Source of the DNA: Octopus sinensis
Lineage: Eukaryota
DNA length: 64,000 nt
Assembly: GCF_006345805.1 (NCBI RefSeq)
Contig: NC_043008.1
Coordinates: forward strand, 7,626,001 to 7,690,000
Reading direction: 5' to 3'
A program made the translations under genes and the position numbers. Shown here one piece after another: positions 40,821 to 54,287 of this stretch (its first letter is position 1; each line of letters starts with the position of its first letter). Under the pieces are notes generated by a model that was not told where the DNA came from, searched no databases, and saw only the letters and a program-made list of their open reading frames with translations.

Positions 40821-41540
40821 TACGAGCTAAGTTAAAAAAATATTCGACCAGTGACTGATGAAAAGAAAACAATTTCGTACATCTCAGAAATTTTTGGAAC
40901 TAAATAAAATACTTCTCTTGGGAGTTCATGCAATAAAGAGGTATCTGAGACGTTCACTCTATAGATGAGTATAAAACTTAAAACTTGTACACCAAATAAG
41001 TAGCGTAGGGCAAAATATGTATTAGGAAAGTCCAATGGAAAGGCACTCCTAGGTTTGAATTAAAATATGAACTGACCGTTGAAATCATTACGTAGTGTGG
41101 TATACTTTTTAAAAGCAATATCTATACATAAGAAAGAAGCTTATCGTGAGGATATGGTATATTAGGCGCTAATACTAGATTGTTAAGGTAAACAAGTGGT
41201 AGGAGAAATATAGAGGTATTACGTTTCAATGCATTGGTGTTATTTTAATGACTTTTAATTTAAATACATAAAGAGAATTTTACTTAAAAGTATAACCCTA
41301 TCTTTTTTGTACCGTTTTGAATGATGTAAATAATAAGCAGTTTTGAAATAACCGCTCATTCGGCAAACTGTCACAAAACCACACACCCTCACAGACTCAT
41401 GCACACAGACTTAGTTACAGACACACATACATACATAATAACACACACACAACCATGCACACAAACACTAATACACCGCTGTTTGTAGAACTACTGAGTA
41501 AATAGTGCTCAATATATGCCTTAGAGTATATGAAACTGAA

Positions 41541-41594
41541 ACTGACAGCTTGTTTCGCAACTAGAGTTTCAAACGTCTGCGATCTTCAGAAGAG
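41541..41594 (-). ncRNA. Degenerate hammerhead-like motif
   Basis: CUGAAGA...GCA/UGC stem II...GAA ACAAGCUGU C; stem I pairs only about 2 bp. Confidence 0.3.
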
Positions 41595-41616
41595 ATTGCT
41601 ACGAATCTGTCATCGT

Positions 41617-41711
41617 GGTTTTGGAATGCATAAGAAACACACGCACACATACAAACTCTCTTTTATAGTTATATATATATATAAGAAACGAACGTACACA
41701 TACTAACGCTC

Positions 41712-41757
<46 letters not shown>

Positions 41758-41847
41758 TATATATTATATATATATATATATATATAAATATAAGAGCGTT
41801 TGTATGTGTTCGTGTGTGTGCGTATGTTCCTTATGCATTCCAAAACC
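41617..41847. repeat. Imperfect inverted repeat (MITE-like) around a (TA)n core
   Basis: ggttttggaatgcataagaaacacacgcac matches the reverse complement of gtgcgtatgttccttatgcattccaaaacc. Confidence 0.65.
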
Positions 41848-42105
41848 GTGTTGTCGGTTTTAACGTATGGGGCATCAAACGATTCAATACTATTTCCGCT
41901 ACCAAGTAAACTTTATTTTCATTGACAAATTCCCATTACAAAAATTTAAAATTATAATCTTTTCCATAACCCAACTATCGCAAGCATTTTATATGACGAC
42001 GATGATGATGACGCCACTGTGTACCTTAAAAGACATCCATCGTTACGACACACACCTTCACTCACTCACTCACTCACTCTCTCTCTCTTTCTCTCTCTCT
42101 CTCTT

Positions 42106-42149
<44 letters not shown>

Positions 42150-42462
42150 ACATTTCCTTTACATGTAAATAAATCTTATTTTTACAGAATGACCGAGTGA
42201 AACGCAGAATGAGAAAAAGACAGAAAGACAAGAGAAAGAAAGAGAGACAGAAAATAAGCTTCTATAGTAGAAGTTGAAAGACGGAGAGCGTGTGAGAGAG
42301 AGAGACAGACTCTGATGTTTCCTGCCCTATATATATGTTCTATAGATGAAAGTGAAAGAAAGCCAGTACATCTTTAGCCACTGCATGCTCCGCTTCCCAA
42401 TCAGTAGTAATTGACAATAAAAGGAACGCTTGGTCAGTGAGACACGTCTTTTTTCCACACAG

Positions 42463-42511
42463 AGCAGAAGTTCAAGCGTTGCAGTTCGAAAAGACATTAA
42501 CTTCCAGCAAG
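42463..42511 (+). CDS. Candidate small host-gene exon (49 nt)
   Basis: Acceptor gtcttttttccacacag and donor CAAG|gtatgg; phase 0 to 1 frame SRSSSVAVRKDINFQQ is open and phase-compatible with 53467. Confidence 0.25.
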
Positions 42512-44429
42512 GTATGGCGGCTTAACGGTAAAATATGGCGGTAGGTATGGAAATGTTCAGCCACATCTCTATGACTAGAAGAAATGGCTTTCTCACAAAC
42601 ATTTTGTCGTCGATAATTTTGGGGACACTTTTCGTAACCTGATCACCGTACAGCTCCACTTGGAGATTTAAATCAAACCAGAGCACGTAGAGTTGACCAA
42701 GTCCGCACGTCCAGCAACTCACAACGTCGTTGGGTGGCATGAACGGTCGAGCATCTCATGGTACCTAGTCGTTTTCCTCCACCTTGAGTACCAAAACCCT
42801 ACAAATCACCATCTCTCGTTGGAGAACCTGGCGTCGCTAACTTTGCATTACCCCTGCAATACGAGCAAGAGCGAGACGAATAGACCTATGACCTCTTTGC
42901 AGCAAGCATCTACTGGCTATTGTACCCCGTTTAAATATGACCTGAACTCCGCTTAACTCCTTATCCTCTGGTAATTAATATCTTAATTCAAATTGTCGAA
43001 TCCATAACAATGACTGGCAAATCCTTTTATGAATTTCTCACTTAAAGCTTTCGTTCTTTGCATTAAATAGTAAAGTAGTACAAATAATCCGTAAATACCC
43101 GTGTATATTGGTCAGCGGAAATGATATTTCCGCAGCGGAAATGATATTTATAATGAGATTTATGTTTAAGCCAACTTAAACCTAATACAATTTAATGCAA
43201 GTCACTCTCCTTTAAATTCTTTGACAATCGCAAATCCTTCTCCACCTTTCTCCCAATGGACAACGATACAGGTACTTCATTTCTGTTTTAATTCTTCTTT
43301 TCGCCTCATAAATTTTCATACGAGAGTTTCCTATTTCTTCTGTAGTATCACATAATGTAATAAATATTAGGAAATACTATTATAACCGGTAAGTGATAAA
43401 TACGAAGCATATTATAGTGATATAAATAAAAAGTTATCTCCTTGAAAGATAGCGAGAACTATATAATAATTGTATGCAAAGCATCCTCAAGACACGGTCA
43501 TCTATGTTTAATATATTTCTTGACGAAACTAAGGAGCCAATGATAAAAAGAAATGTAGTTCTCGTGCGACAGTGTAAGAACCAACTGTAAATACTGGATG
43601 TTTCTTTTGAGACAGATTTCCACCACAAACACCTTCCCAGCTGATGCAATTAAAAGCAAGAAATGATGCGAGGATATGTTAAAAAAAACATCCTGAGAAA
43701 AGCAGAATAGACAACATAGCTTTATATTGTTTGCATTCTTCTTTGTGAAAGATCAGTTGATCCACTTTGCTCTTTCTTCTTATCTTTGTATTTATAAACT
43801 ATTTTCGATTCATCTTCATCCCGATATTATATGTTTGTTTATTGGGGAAATCAGAGTTGTTGGGGGAATCAGAGTCCATTGACATTTGTAAATGAAAATG
43901 AAAACATGACTTTGCTGTAGTTTTGATTTTGTCTTCTTTTTGTTGGCGGTTTGTAAATATGGCTGTACTTCTTACTGGTGTACTTCTTACTGGTGTACTT
44001 TGTATTTTAATGTTGTGATTTATTCTCCCGGAAAACAGAACATCACCACGCAATTACTTATGCCACTGAAATACCTCAAATTTTTCCGACTGACAGACTC
44101 CGATACTATGAAAATCTAAATCTGAAATTTATAAATGATATATTCAACACCACTTTGTAGCCGGAGAATCTCTATTCAAATCGAAAGCAATTTCCGTAAG
44201 AATGAGATCGAAATGCTACTAATAGCTTCTTACTCAAATGTACTAACATGTATAGAACGTTGAGCTTTTATTTTTTATAATTAATACTAACATCCAGTGT
44301 GTCTTTGCGCCTAAATACACTAGATCAGTATTTGGTGGAAACTAGTTATTATTTACAGCCAAATGTGTTCTTTTTAATCTTTTCGTTATCGCTAAACACT
44401 GCCATCTTACATTCTTTTATTTTGGTGAT

Positions 44430-44843
44430 AGGCGCAGGAGTGGCTGTGTGGTAAATAGCTTGTTTACCAACCACATGGTTCCAGGTTCAGTCCCACTGTG
44501 TGGCACCTTGGGCAAGTGTCTTATACTATAGCCTCGGGCCGACCAAAGCTTTGTGAGGGGATTTGGTAGACGGAAACTGAAAGAAACCCGTCGTATATAT
44601 ATGTATATGTGTGTGTGTGTGTGCGTGTATGTTTGTGTTTGTCTCCCTAGCATTGCTTGACAACTGATGCTGGTGTGTTTATGTCCCCGTCATTAGTGGT
44701 TCGGCAAAAGAGACCGATAGAATAAGTACTGGGCTTACAAAGAATAAGTCCCGGGGTCGAGTTGCTCGATTAAAGGCGGTGCTCCAGCATGGCCGCAGTC
44801 AAATGACTGAAACAAGTAAAAGAGTAAAAGAGAGAGTAAAGAG
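44430..44843 (+). mobile_element. Long tRNA-derived SINE family C (full length, internal TG/TA microsatellite)
   Basis: aggcgcaggagtggctgtgtggtaa (A box), ggttcagtccca (B-box-like), caccttgggcaagtgtctt (CORE-like), tail aagtaaaagag repeats. Confidence 0.9.
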
Positions 44844-45822
44844 TATACTCCTGGTGATACTCAAATATTGTCATTCCTAACGCTATTGATCGCCATTCCG
44901 TACCTGACCACATTCACATTCACATCACTTATACTACTCTAATGATAGAGGCAATGTTGTTCATGATTATACAATTTTCGGGCAAAATAATGATTTGACG
45001 ATACGAAATATATTATAACCAGCTGTGCAGCCGGTATTTACAGTTGTAACTAATGCAGTGACGCCACAAATTTTGTAATGGCTGTTTTCTATAGCAAATT
45101 CCTTTTCAATTTACAATGGTGTTGTTGACATGTTTGGGAAAATTGTCAGGTTACCAAAATAAGAAATTATGAAAAATGAATGTATCTCCCTTTCGAAATG
45201 AGATAACAGAAATTCTAAACTTAGTCATAGGAATTCTACAACATATGGCGCTCACATTTGGTGTAGCTTGTTTGAGAACAATATTAATGGTTTCTGGTCG
45301 ATACACAAATACACATCATTTCTATGAGGAATGTTATCAGTGTTTTCGGCTACTGTGATTCACGGATATTTGGATATTTTATCAACCTCTAAAAAAAGTG
45401 AACTCTAAGGGATCTGAAATCCTAACTTAGAGAGATAACAAAATAATACTGTAAATACAACGCTATAACAATTGTGATTCACCATAAAATAGTTTTTCTT
45501 AATTCAGGAACAAAATGAAAATGTATTTTAAGGGAAATGTTAGCATATTAAAACGGCTTGCAGCCTTGACTAGTGCATTATTTTATCGACCTCAATTTGA
45601 TGAAAGAGGAATGTGAATCCTTGTAGGATTAGAACCCGTAATGTAGTGCTGGCGATTATGTATCAAAGCTGATTTCTGACGCTGTAACGTTTCACTCAAC
45701 TTGTCTTCTCTCTATGAATTTATAATTAAGATCATTCCTCACATTTTTTAAACAGAAAGTCAATCTCGTAAACACAATACACCACATTAATCTATCTACC
45801 TATCTATCTATCTATCTATCTA

Positions 45823-45886
<64 letters not shown>

Positions 45887-47262
45887 AATCAATCAATCTA
45901 TCTGAATGTATGTCTGTCTATGTCTGTGTGTCTGTCTATCTGACTATCTCTCGGTCTATCTATCTATGTCTGTCTATCTGCTTGTCTGACCGCCTTCCTC
46001 TCTCTCGGTGTTAAATATTATACAACACATTCAGACATAAATATTTGAACAAATTCCAAATAACATATGCACATTGTACGCGTGTATGTATCTGTGTGTG
46101 TATCTTTGTATGTATATGCTTTATCCATTCGTGTGTGTGCTTTGTTATTCTCTTCGTACACAGAAAAATTGTTTTTGTAAGAAATATAGTTATTTTCAGC
46201 TTGCGCTGTGCTACCGCAAGGAATTCATTAGTTTCATAGACGTATTACTCAAAAACAAACACACAAAGTTTGGTTAATTTCTTTCTTACATAATATGCTA
46301 TACTTTCTGCGTATTATTAGATCGGAATGCCTCTTACGACCACTGCATTACAACATGTAAATATGTTGAAGCAAATGTGTATTTACTATCAAATATTAGT
46401 TTCAAATACTAAATTTTCATTGACTTTATACATACAGTATATCACAACGGAAATTATATGTATCTTAGAGGTGAATGTACACATAAACAAGTCTTATATA
46501 AGAAATATCTTAAATATACAGTGAAGCAGATAAGGATATAACGAGTGATTGCCTTCGTATATCAGGAAAAATATGGATCCAGATTAATTAGGAATGTGTG
46601 CAGAGTGCAATAAGTCAATTTCTATTTTTTCAGAGAGTGATTTAGAAACGAATAATAAATTAGGTGTTCACTGGTAGCATATTCTTCGCATTTTGTTTAT
46701 ATTTCGCTGTGATCATTTTGTCATGCCATCCTCCTAGTATTTCATATTTTGATAGCTTGGTGGCATTCCTAACGCTAAGCACTCTCTTTCGGCCTCTGTT
46801 CCACCCAGCGCAGCAATTCTGTCAAAATACGGGTGCTGGAAATAAACATCAAGAAAAGGGTCCACCTCTAAAGGAATGGCTAGATGTAGTAGCCTCACCA
46901 CATGCTTTCAGATTATTAGCCCGGATATACCTAGCTCCTTATTTCTATCAGCGGATCTTGGAAACAATTGGAACCTATGACCAGTGAAATACCCGTTAAA
47001 AGTAGAGCAGTTTTCTTCGTAAGTGAAAAGTGGATTGGTGGAATACCCAACCGAATAGAAGATGAAGTCTATGTAGTGATACCCCAAGTGAGACCAGCCT
47101 GACTTTTACGAGATTACTTTTGTCTCGGTTCATTTCTGCGTAAGTGTGGCCACTGTGCTCGTCACCTCGGACCAGTTCTTTCTCTGGAGAGACGAGCAAT
47201 ATCGAACCACGAGCATGTTCCCTTGCCCATCCGTCCAACGGACAACAACTCTGTTGGGCGGC

Positions 47263-47264
<2 letters not shown>

Positions 47265-47297
<33 letters not shown>

Positions 47298-47311
47298 TAT
47301 TATTATCATCA

Positions 47312-47355
<44 letters not shown>

Positions 47356-47418
47356 GTTGTTGTTGTTGTTGTTGTTATTATTATTATTATTATTATTATC
47401 ATTGCTGTTGTTGTTAGT
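47265..47418. repeat. Compound (CAT)/(TAT)/(TGT) microsatellite
   Basis: Direct reading of the sequence. Confidence 0.95.
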
Positions 47419-47998
47419 TATTCTCATTGCACAGCTTCTAATGCGGGAGATTTACTACGGTGCTAGTTGTTCACTGCCTCTGAACTAAGGTAACACCCCT
47501 TATTTGTCGAATACCATCAGGAGTATCCGAGTGGTTACAAGTAGTGTTGTTTTCTGCAAGTGTTCCACCGTTATTGCAGACCTTATTTGTTCCATGTACA
47601 AGATTATTACTCAGTTTCCATGGCCCCCTAACAATTATTAGTACTTCTGCCACCTTTTTCATCGACCACAACTGCTAAACTTCCCAAGCTAACCTGTCAT
47701 ATCTATCGACTTTTCTTTCTTCCTTATCGGATAACCTGTCAGCTGAGCATGCTATAATATATGATCCAGCATCGTTTGCTTTCTTTCTCAATTAATACTG
47801 TCCCATTTCCTAAGCTCTATCTCACTGAATCATAAAATCCCATAGGATCTTTGCATTACCAATTTCAAGGATGACTTCTGGTTTATGTTCATACCACTTC
47901 TTTGCTCTGTCAAGTCCATACTTGTTGCAAAGTGTCCAATGGACGATCCTTGCTATATTGTCATGATGTCTGTTATATTTTTCTGGGCTAGTAGCCCA
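47419..47998 (-). mobile_element. R4/Dong-type LINE 3' fragment (older family)
   Basis: RHDNIARIVHWTLCNKYG...WYEHKPE...KILWDF...KEERKVDRY...LQKTTLL: C-terminal zinc-knuckle tail and restriction-like endonuclease; flanked by TAA/CAA-type arrays. Confidence 0.8.
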
Positions 47999-48045
47999 TT
48001 ATTATTATTAGTAGTAGTATTATCATCATCATCATCCTCATCATT

Positions 48046-48080
<35 letters not shown>

Positions 48081-48174
48081 TATCATCATCATCATCATTA
48101 TCATCATCATCATCATCATCAACATCATTACATCATCATCATCATCATCCTTCTTCTTCTTCTTCTTCTTCTTC

Positions 48175-48264
<90 letters not shown>

Positions 48265-48267
<3 letters not shown>

Positions 48268-48804
48268 TAGTTTTATTTTTATAGCGTGCTTTCACTTCAC
48301 TACCGAGTGCAGCTCTGTGTGCCTTGGGTATGTGCTGTGATTTGTTGTGATGCTCTGATGGTTATTGTATGGAAAGTGCTCTGCGTAGGATGTGTGCAGT
48401 GCCTAGTAGTGCAATTTTCTGTATGTTATATGCGTTTGTAAGTCCTGGTGTTTTTGTTATGTATTTGTCTGAATATTTTTTTATCATGCCTAATGCACCT
48501 ACTATGATAGGATTTGTTTCTGTTTTCAGGTCCACATTCTAGTTACCTCTATTTCCAGGTCTTTGTATTTTGAGAGTTTCTCCATTTCTTTTAGAGACAC
48601 GTTGTCATCAGCCGGTATTGATACATCAATTAGAAAGCATTTTTTTTCTTCATGATCTCTGACAACTATATCTGGTCTGTTGCCTTAATTTCTCTATCTG
48701 TGTGTATCGGCATATCCCAGAGTATGGTTGCTTTCTCGTTTTCTGTGACCTTTTCTGGTGTGTGCCTATACCATCTTTTTTCTGTTGTTATTCCATAATG
48801 TTGG

Positions 48805-48806
<2 letters not shown>
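48265..48806 (-). mobile_element. R4/Dong-type LINE 3' fragment (younger family) inserted in (TAA)n
   Basis: CQHYG...WYRHTPEKVTENEKATILWDMPIHTDR...RPDIVV...IDVSIPAD...EKLSKYKDL...IVGALG...QKIALLGTAHILRRAL* (PD-D-K core); (TAA)n on both sides. Confidence 0.9.
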
Positions 48807-48885
<79 letters not shown>

Positions 48886-49435
48886 CAAAGCAGTTGTTAG
48901 GGATTTTATCATCATCATCATTGGAGTTGCTCTTATTTTTTTTATCAACAAACGTTTCCTTTACAAGTCCGTATTATTCATAGCAACATATGTCCAGGGT
49001 ATATGGGGTTAATCCGGTCCTCAAAAATGGATTGAGATGCAAGATTATATCGAAAACTGATTACAATAAACATATGCTAACAAATCGATTGAAACGTTTC
49101 TTATGTATTCATCGAACAAGTGGACCGTTTGTCATATTTTATTGCTGCCACTGATGTTTATACCGAATCTGCTCTTGAGTCAAGTAAAATTGGAACGTCA
49201 AAGGATTATCATCGTAGCCTTTCTATAATTAAGGTTTATCAGATTTTATGGGGCTGTTAACTTAATTAAAATGTATTCCCCATTACTGCCGACGAAATAC
49301 ACTGTTCTGCACTCAAGCACAGTCAAGAATTTCCCATTGATTTTCATATGGATTCCCAGCGAAAAGTGTACGCTTTTCTTCTCAGTCTATTCAATATCGG
49401 TTAGCTCCTTTGAAATCGAATAATATTACAATACT

Positions 49436-50590
49436 TATTTCTTTATTACCCACAAGGGGCTAAACATAGAGGAGACAAACAAGGACAGACATGGGTACTA
49501 AGTCGATTACATCGACCCCAGTGCGTAACTGGTACTTAATTTATCGACCCCGAAAGGATGAAAGGCAAAGTCGAGCTCGGCGGAATTTGAACTCACAATG
49601 TAACGGCAGACGAAATACCTATTTCTTTACTAACCACAAGGGGCTAAACACAGAGAGGACAAACAAGTACAGACAAACGGATTAAGTCGATTACATCGAA
49701 CCCAGTGCGTAACTGGTACTTAATTTATCGACTCCCGAAAGGATGAAAGGCAAAGTCGACCTCGAAGGAATTTGAACTCAGAACGTAACGGCAGACGAAA
49801 TACCTATTTCTTTACTAACCACGTGGGGCTGAACATAGAGGGGACAACCAAGGACAGACATAGGTACTAAGTCGATTACATCGAACCCAGTGCGTAACTG
49901 GTACCTAATTTATCGACCCCGAAAGGATGAAAGGCAAAGTCGAGCTCGGCGGAATTTGAACTCACAATGTAACGGCAGACGAAATACCTATTTCTTTACT
50001 AACCACAAGGGGCTAAACACAGAGAGGACAAACAAGTACAGACAAACGGATTAAGTCGATTACATCGACCCCTGTGCGTAACTGGTACTTAATTTATCGA
50101 CTCCCGAAAGGATGAAAGGCAAAGTCGACCTCGAAGGAATTTGAACTCAGAACGTAACGGCAGACGAAATACCTATTTCTTTACTAACCACGTGGGGCTA
50201 AACATAGAGGGGATAACCAAGGACAGACATAGGTATTAAGTCGATTACATCGACACCAGTGCGTAACTGGTACCTAATTTATCGACCCCGAAAGTATGAA
50301 AGGCAAAGTCGACCTCGGCGGAATTTGAACTCACAACGTAACGGCAGACGAAATACCTATTTCTTTACTAACCACAAGGGGCTAAACACAGAGAGGACAA
50401 ACAAGGACAGACATAGGTATTAAGTCGATTACATCGACCCCTGTGCGTAACTGGTACTTAATTTATCGACCCCGAAAGGATGAAAGGCAAAGTCGACCTC
50501 GGCGGAATTTGAACTCAGAACGTAACGGCAGATGAAATACGGCTACGCATTTCACCCGGCGTGTTAACGTTTCTGCCAGCTCGCCGCCTT
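49436..50590 (-). repeat. SINE-derived tandem array: one family-M head + six 184/185-bp body units
   Basis: Units start at 49436, 49620, 49805, 49989, 50174 and 50358; a single tRNA-like head lies at 50541-50590. Confidence 0.95.
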
Positions 50591-50994
50591 GCACAATACT
50601 CTTATAGTGCCCCCCTACATCTGTACACTTTTCCGTACGCCCGATCTTTTCTGCGTCAGTAGTCCTGCATCGTAATTTATCGCCAGTGGCGTCGACTTAA
50701 AACTATTTAAGCGGCATAAAAATTCGTGGCCGTCACTTGTTTGAAAGTGTCTGCGATAGCTATGAACACAATATCCCCCCCATCTATCTGACAGCCCTTT
50801 TCGTGTAAGTAAACTAAGAAGTATGACTGGACATGGAAACGTTTCACTGGAACAATAAACTCTACACACAGATATTATATGTTACAGACTTCAGTCAATG
50901 ATCAGCCATTTACACCGTAAGCACACACACACACACACACACACACAAATATATATATATATATATACAACTATATACATGCTTATATTTACAT

Positions 50995-51053
<59 letters not shown>

Positions 51054-51138
51054 CGCATATATATGCATGTATGCATATATATGTATACACACATATAAAT
51101 ATATACATACATATATACATATACATACTTACATATAT

Positions 51139-51173
<35 letters not shown>

Positions 51174-51196
51174 ATATATATATTATATATATATAT

Positions 51197-51232
<36 letters not shown>

Positions 51233-51807
51233 TTATATATATATATACAGCTATGAGTGTATGTATACCTGAGTATAAATATAGTTAATACACTGAAATA
51301 TTCACAATGTCATGCTCGTTGGTAACCCGGCACAGTTTCATTATGGATTATTTCATACATTTTACATTGAACGGATGTTAGAGGAATTACTACACGAAAT
51401 TATTCCGCAGAGTAACCTTCCCTTCACATGGTTTCGCGATGAAAGTGAACAATAAAATACATCATACGCAATGGATATTTTATAGTCCTTCTGTACTTCT
51501 GTAACGCTTCAAATATATTCTGATACATCCAGTCATTCATGTAGAAAACAACCACGCAATTTTTCCCTCGTTTTTTGACACAGATATGCGTAATGCTTGT
51601 TATTAATGCATTTATGCAAATAGACAACGTACGCAGAGAGATATACATTCACCTTACGAAACACACAATTCAAGCAAGTGTATCATATTTATACATGTTT
51701 TTATGTGTAAGTGTCTGCTTACCTGTCTTTATGTGTGCTAAAACATGTGTGTGTGCAAGAAGTTGTGTGTGTGTATACGTCTCTCCCACTCTCCCTCTCT
51801 CTCTCTT

Positions 51808-51865
<58 letters not shown>

Positions 51866-52078
51866 GAGAGAGAGAGAGGGAGAGATAGGCGGACGCAAAC
51901 ACATGCACATATACATATATTCATATATATATAAACACATAGATGCATATATTTATATATGTGAGTGTAAGTGTATGTGCGTGTACATGTGATCATGTAT
52001 GTATGTATATATATATATATATATATAATATATATATATGTATATATATATATGTATATATATATGTATATGTACATG

Positions 52079-52115
<37 letters not shown>

Positions 52116-52669
52116 TGTATATATATATGCATATGTATATATATATGCATATGTATATATGTATATATATATATATATTTACACATATATATATATATAT
52201 GTATATGTATGTTTATATGTATGTATGTATGTATAAACTGAAGGCCATAAATAATCCGGAAGTATCTGTGACTTATCACCTGTTGAAAAATGACTGAGTC
52301 CTATTGCATAACATATTGCCGTAAAACAACCAAATATGATGGCGCTGGAAAGGTGCACGCGCGCTCACACACAGACACACGTAATCAAATGCATACACAC
52401 TTTCATATTGATGCAGGCATAGACGCACACAAATTCACAGGTAAAGGAACAAAGTTGTTACAGAATATCTACCGTATTATATATTCCTTTTTTTTTATAT
52501 GAATCGCTAACTTACATGATTCTACGTGTATTTAATATCATTTGTGTAATGACATCCACACACACACATATCAATACAGAAAATCCTATATATATATATA
52601 TATATATAATATTATATATATATATATATATAATATATATATATAATATATATAATATATATAATATAC

Positions 52670-52700
<31 letters not shown>

Positions 52701-52708
52701 ACATATAC

Positions 52709-52777
<69 letters not shown>

Positions 52778-52860
52778 CATATAAACACACATATATATAA
52801 TATATAAATTTATATTTTTATACATATATTATATATGTATATATATATAGTATATATTTA

Positions 52861-52898
<38 letters not shown>

Positions 52899-52915
52899 TA
52901 ATATATATATAATAT

Positions 52916-52947
<32 letters not shown>

Positions 52948-53466
52948 ATATATATATATATGAATATATATATATATATATATATATATGCGTCTGTGAG
53001 TGAGTGTGTGTGTGTGTGAGCGTACGTGTGCGAGCATGTGTGTATGCGTATTGTGTATATTAAGAATAGATATATTTGTGTTCGTCTCCATTTTATTTTT
53101 CATTCTCTCTCTATCTTTCGCGTTACATATATTTATGTATATTTCCATAGGCACATGTATAATGTTCTTACGTTTCAAAGTAGGTTTATGTGCCATTGTT
53201 TGCCCGTCATTGTGTGGGTGTGCTTTTGTGTGTATGAGTGAGAGTGTGTGTGTTGTGCGCCCGTGTGTATGTGTATGCGTGTGCAAGCATTTTGCTTATG
53301 TAACCTGACTTATCGCTCGTTCGCCGTACGCTTATGGCTTTCGATAAAAGTATGTATTTTGAATTAGTTGCGGTTTCTTTCATTGTTAAATATGTATCGG
53401 TGCATAGACACCCACCACTTAAATGCAATAATTGCTCAAATCAAACGAATAGTGAATTCTATTTAG

Positions 53467-53636
53467 CTGACAAAGCCTTTATTGAACAGCTTGATAGCGG
53501 CGTAATGTATCTCGGAATAAAGAGCCTCGCCCAAGAGAACATAAAGGTTCACTTAACAGTACTTAAAGGTATCGCGTCAACACTTATACGCCAGATCGTA
53601 TTGGAGTTCAAATCACGTGTTCAGAAGGAACAAATG
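53467..53636 (+). CDS. Candidate internal exon of an unidentified host protein-coding gene (170 nt, phase 1 to 0)
   Basis: Acceptor ttctatttag, donor ATG|gtgaga; unique, GC-richer than flanks; encodes ADKAFIEQLDSGVMYLGIKSLAQENIKVHLTVLKGIASTLIRQIVLEFKSRVQKEQM with natural amphipathic composition. Confidence 0.55.
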
Positions 53637-53870
53637 GTGAGAAAACCATTCCTGCTTATTATATCTTTTTCCTTTTCACTCTTGACGAGAATAATGCCTA
53701 ATCTTTTTTTATTTTTTTATGGAAGATATACTAAATGGTTTCTGGAAATTTTCGGTGAACACATTTGAGTAATTCAGGTAGACATCAGTGTAAATAACTA
53801 GAATTGTTTGACAACTACTTAGCCACAGGTAATGTATTTTCATACGTGTTTTACAGTAGTGTGTGTGTGT

Positions 53871-53902
<32 letters not shown>

Positions 53903-54287
53903 TGTGTGTCTGTGTGTTTTAAGAAATATATATACGTGTTCGTATTTTGGATGAGTAATCTCAAAATTGAATTATCAGGCATTTTCACATCTGATCAAGG
54001 AATAACGCTAATATTTCTTGCGTGCACAAGTGGAATACAAAGGGAAACAAATAAATATATAAAGAAGGTAAGAATTTCACACCATAATGAAATATGGTCG
54101 TCAGTATAATGTCAGCCAGTTGACTGCACATGCGTCACAATTGATAAATCTTACGTTCTCGCGGTGAATTTTGATGAACGAAAAGATGATATGATTTATC
54201 ATGCGAGTTTCATGTATATGCGTATACGTGTGTATGCCCATGATGAGTAACAGGTGTTGATATATATGTATATATATATATATATAT

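Noticed and set aside
49436-50590. CRISPR-like regular array
   Set aside because: Units are wholly repeated with no unique spacers, derive from a SINE, and there are no cas genes; eukaryotic context.
50712-50804. Possible 93-nt exon (GIKIRGRHLFESVCDSYEHNIPPIYLTALF) with a strong gtaagt donor
   Set aside because: Weak acceptor, and phase 2-2 does not fit between the other candidate exons; unsupported without RNA data.
42522-53768. Shared peptide VRKPFLL in ORFs 42522-42740 (-) and 53334-53768 (+)
   Set aside because: Similarity is limited to about 20 nt starting at a gtgaga donor-like site; flanks do not align, so probably chance.
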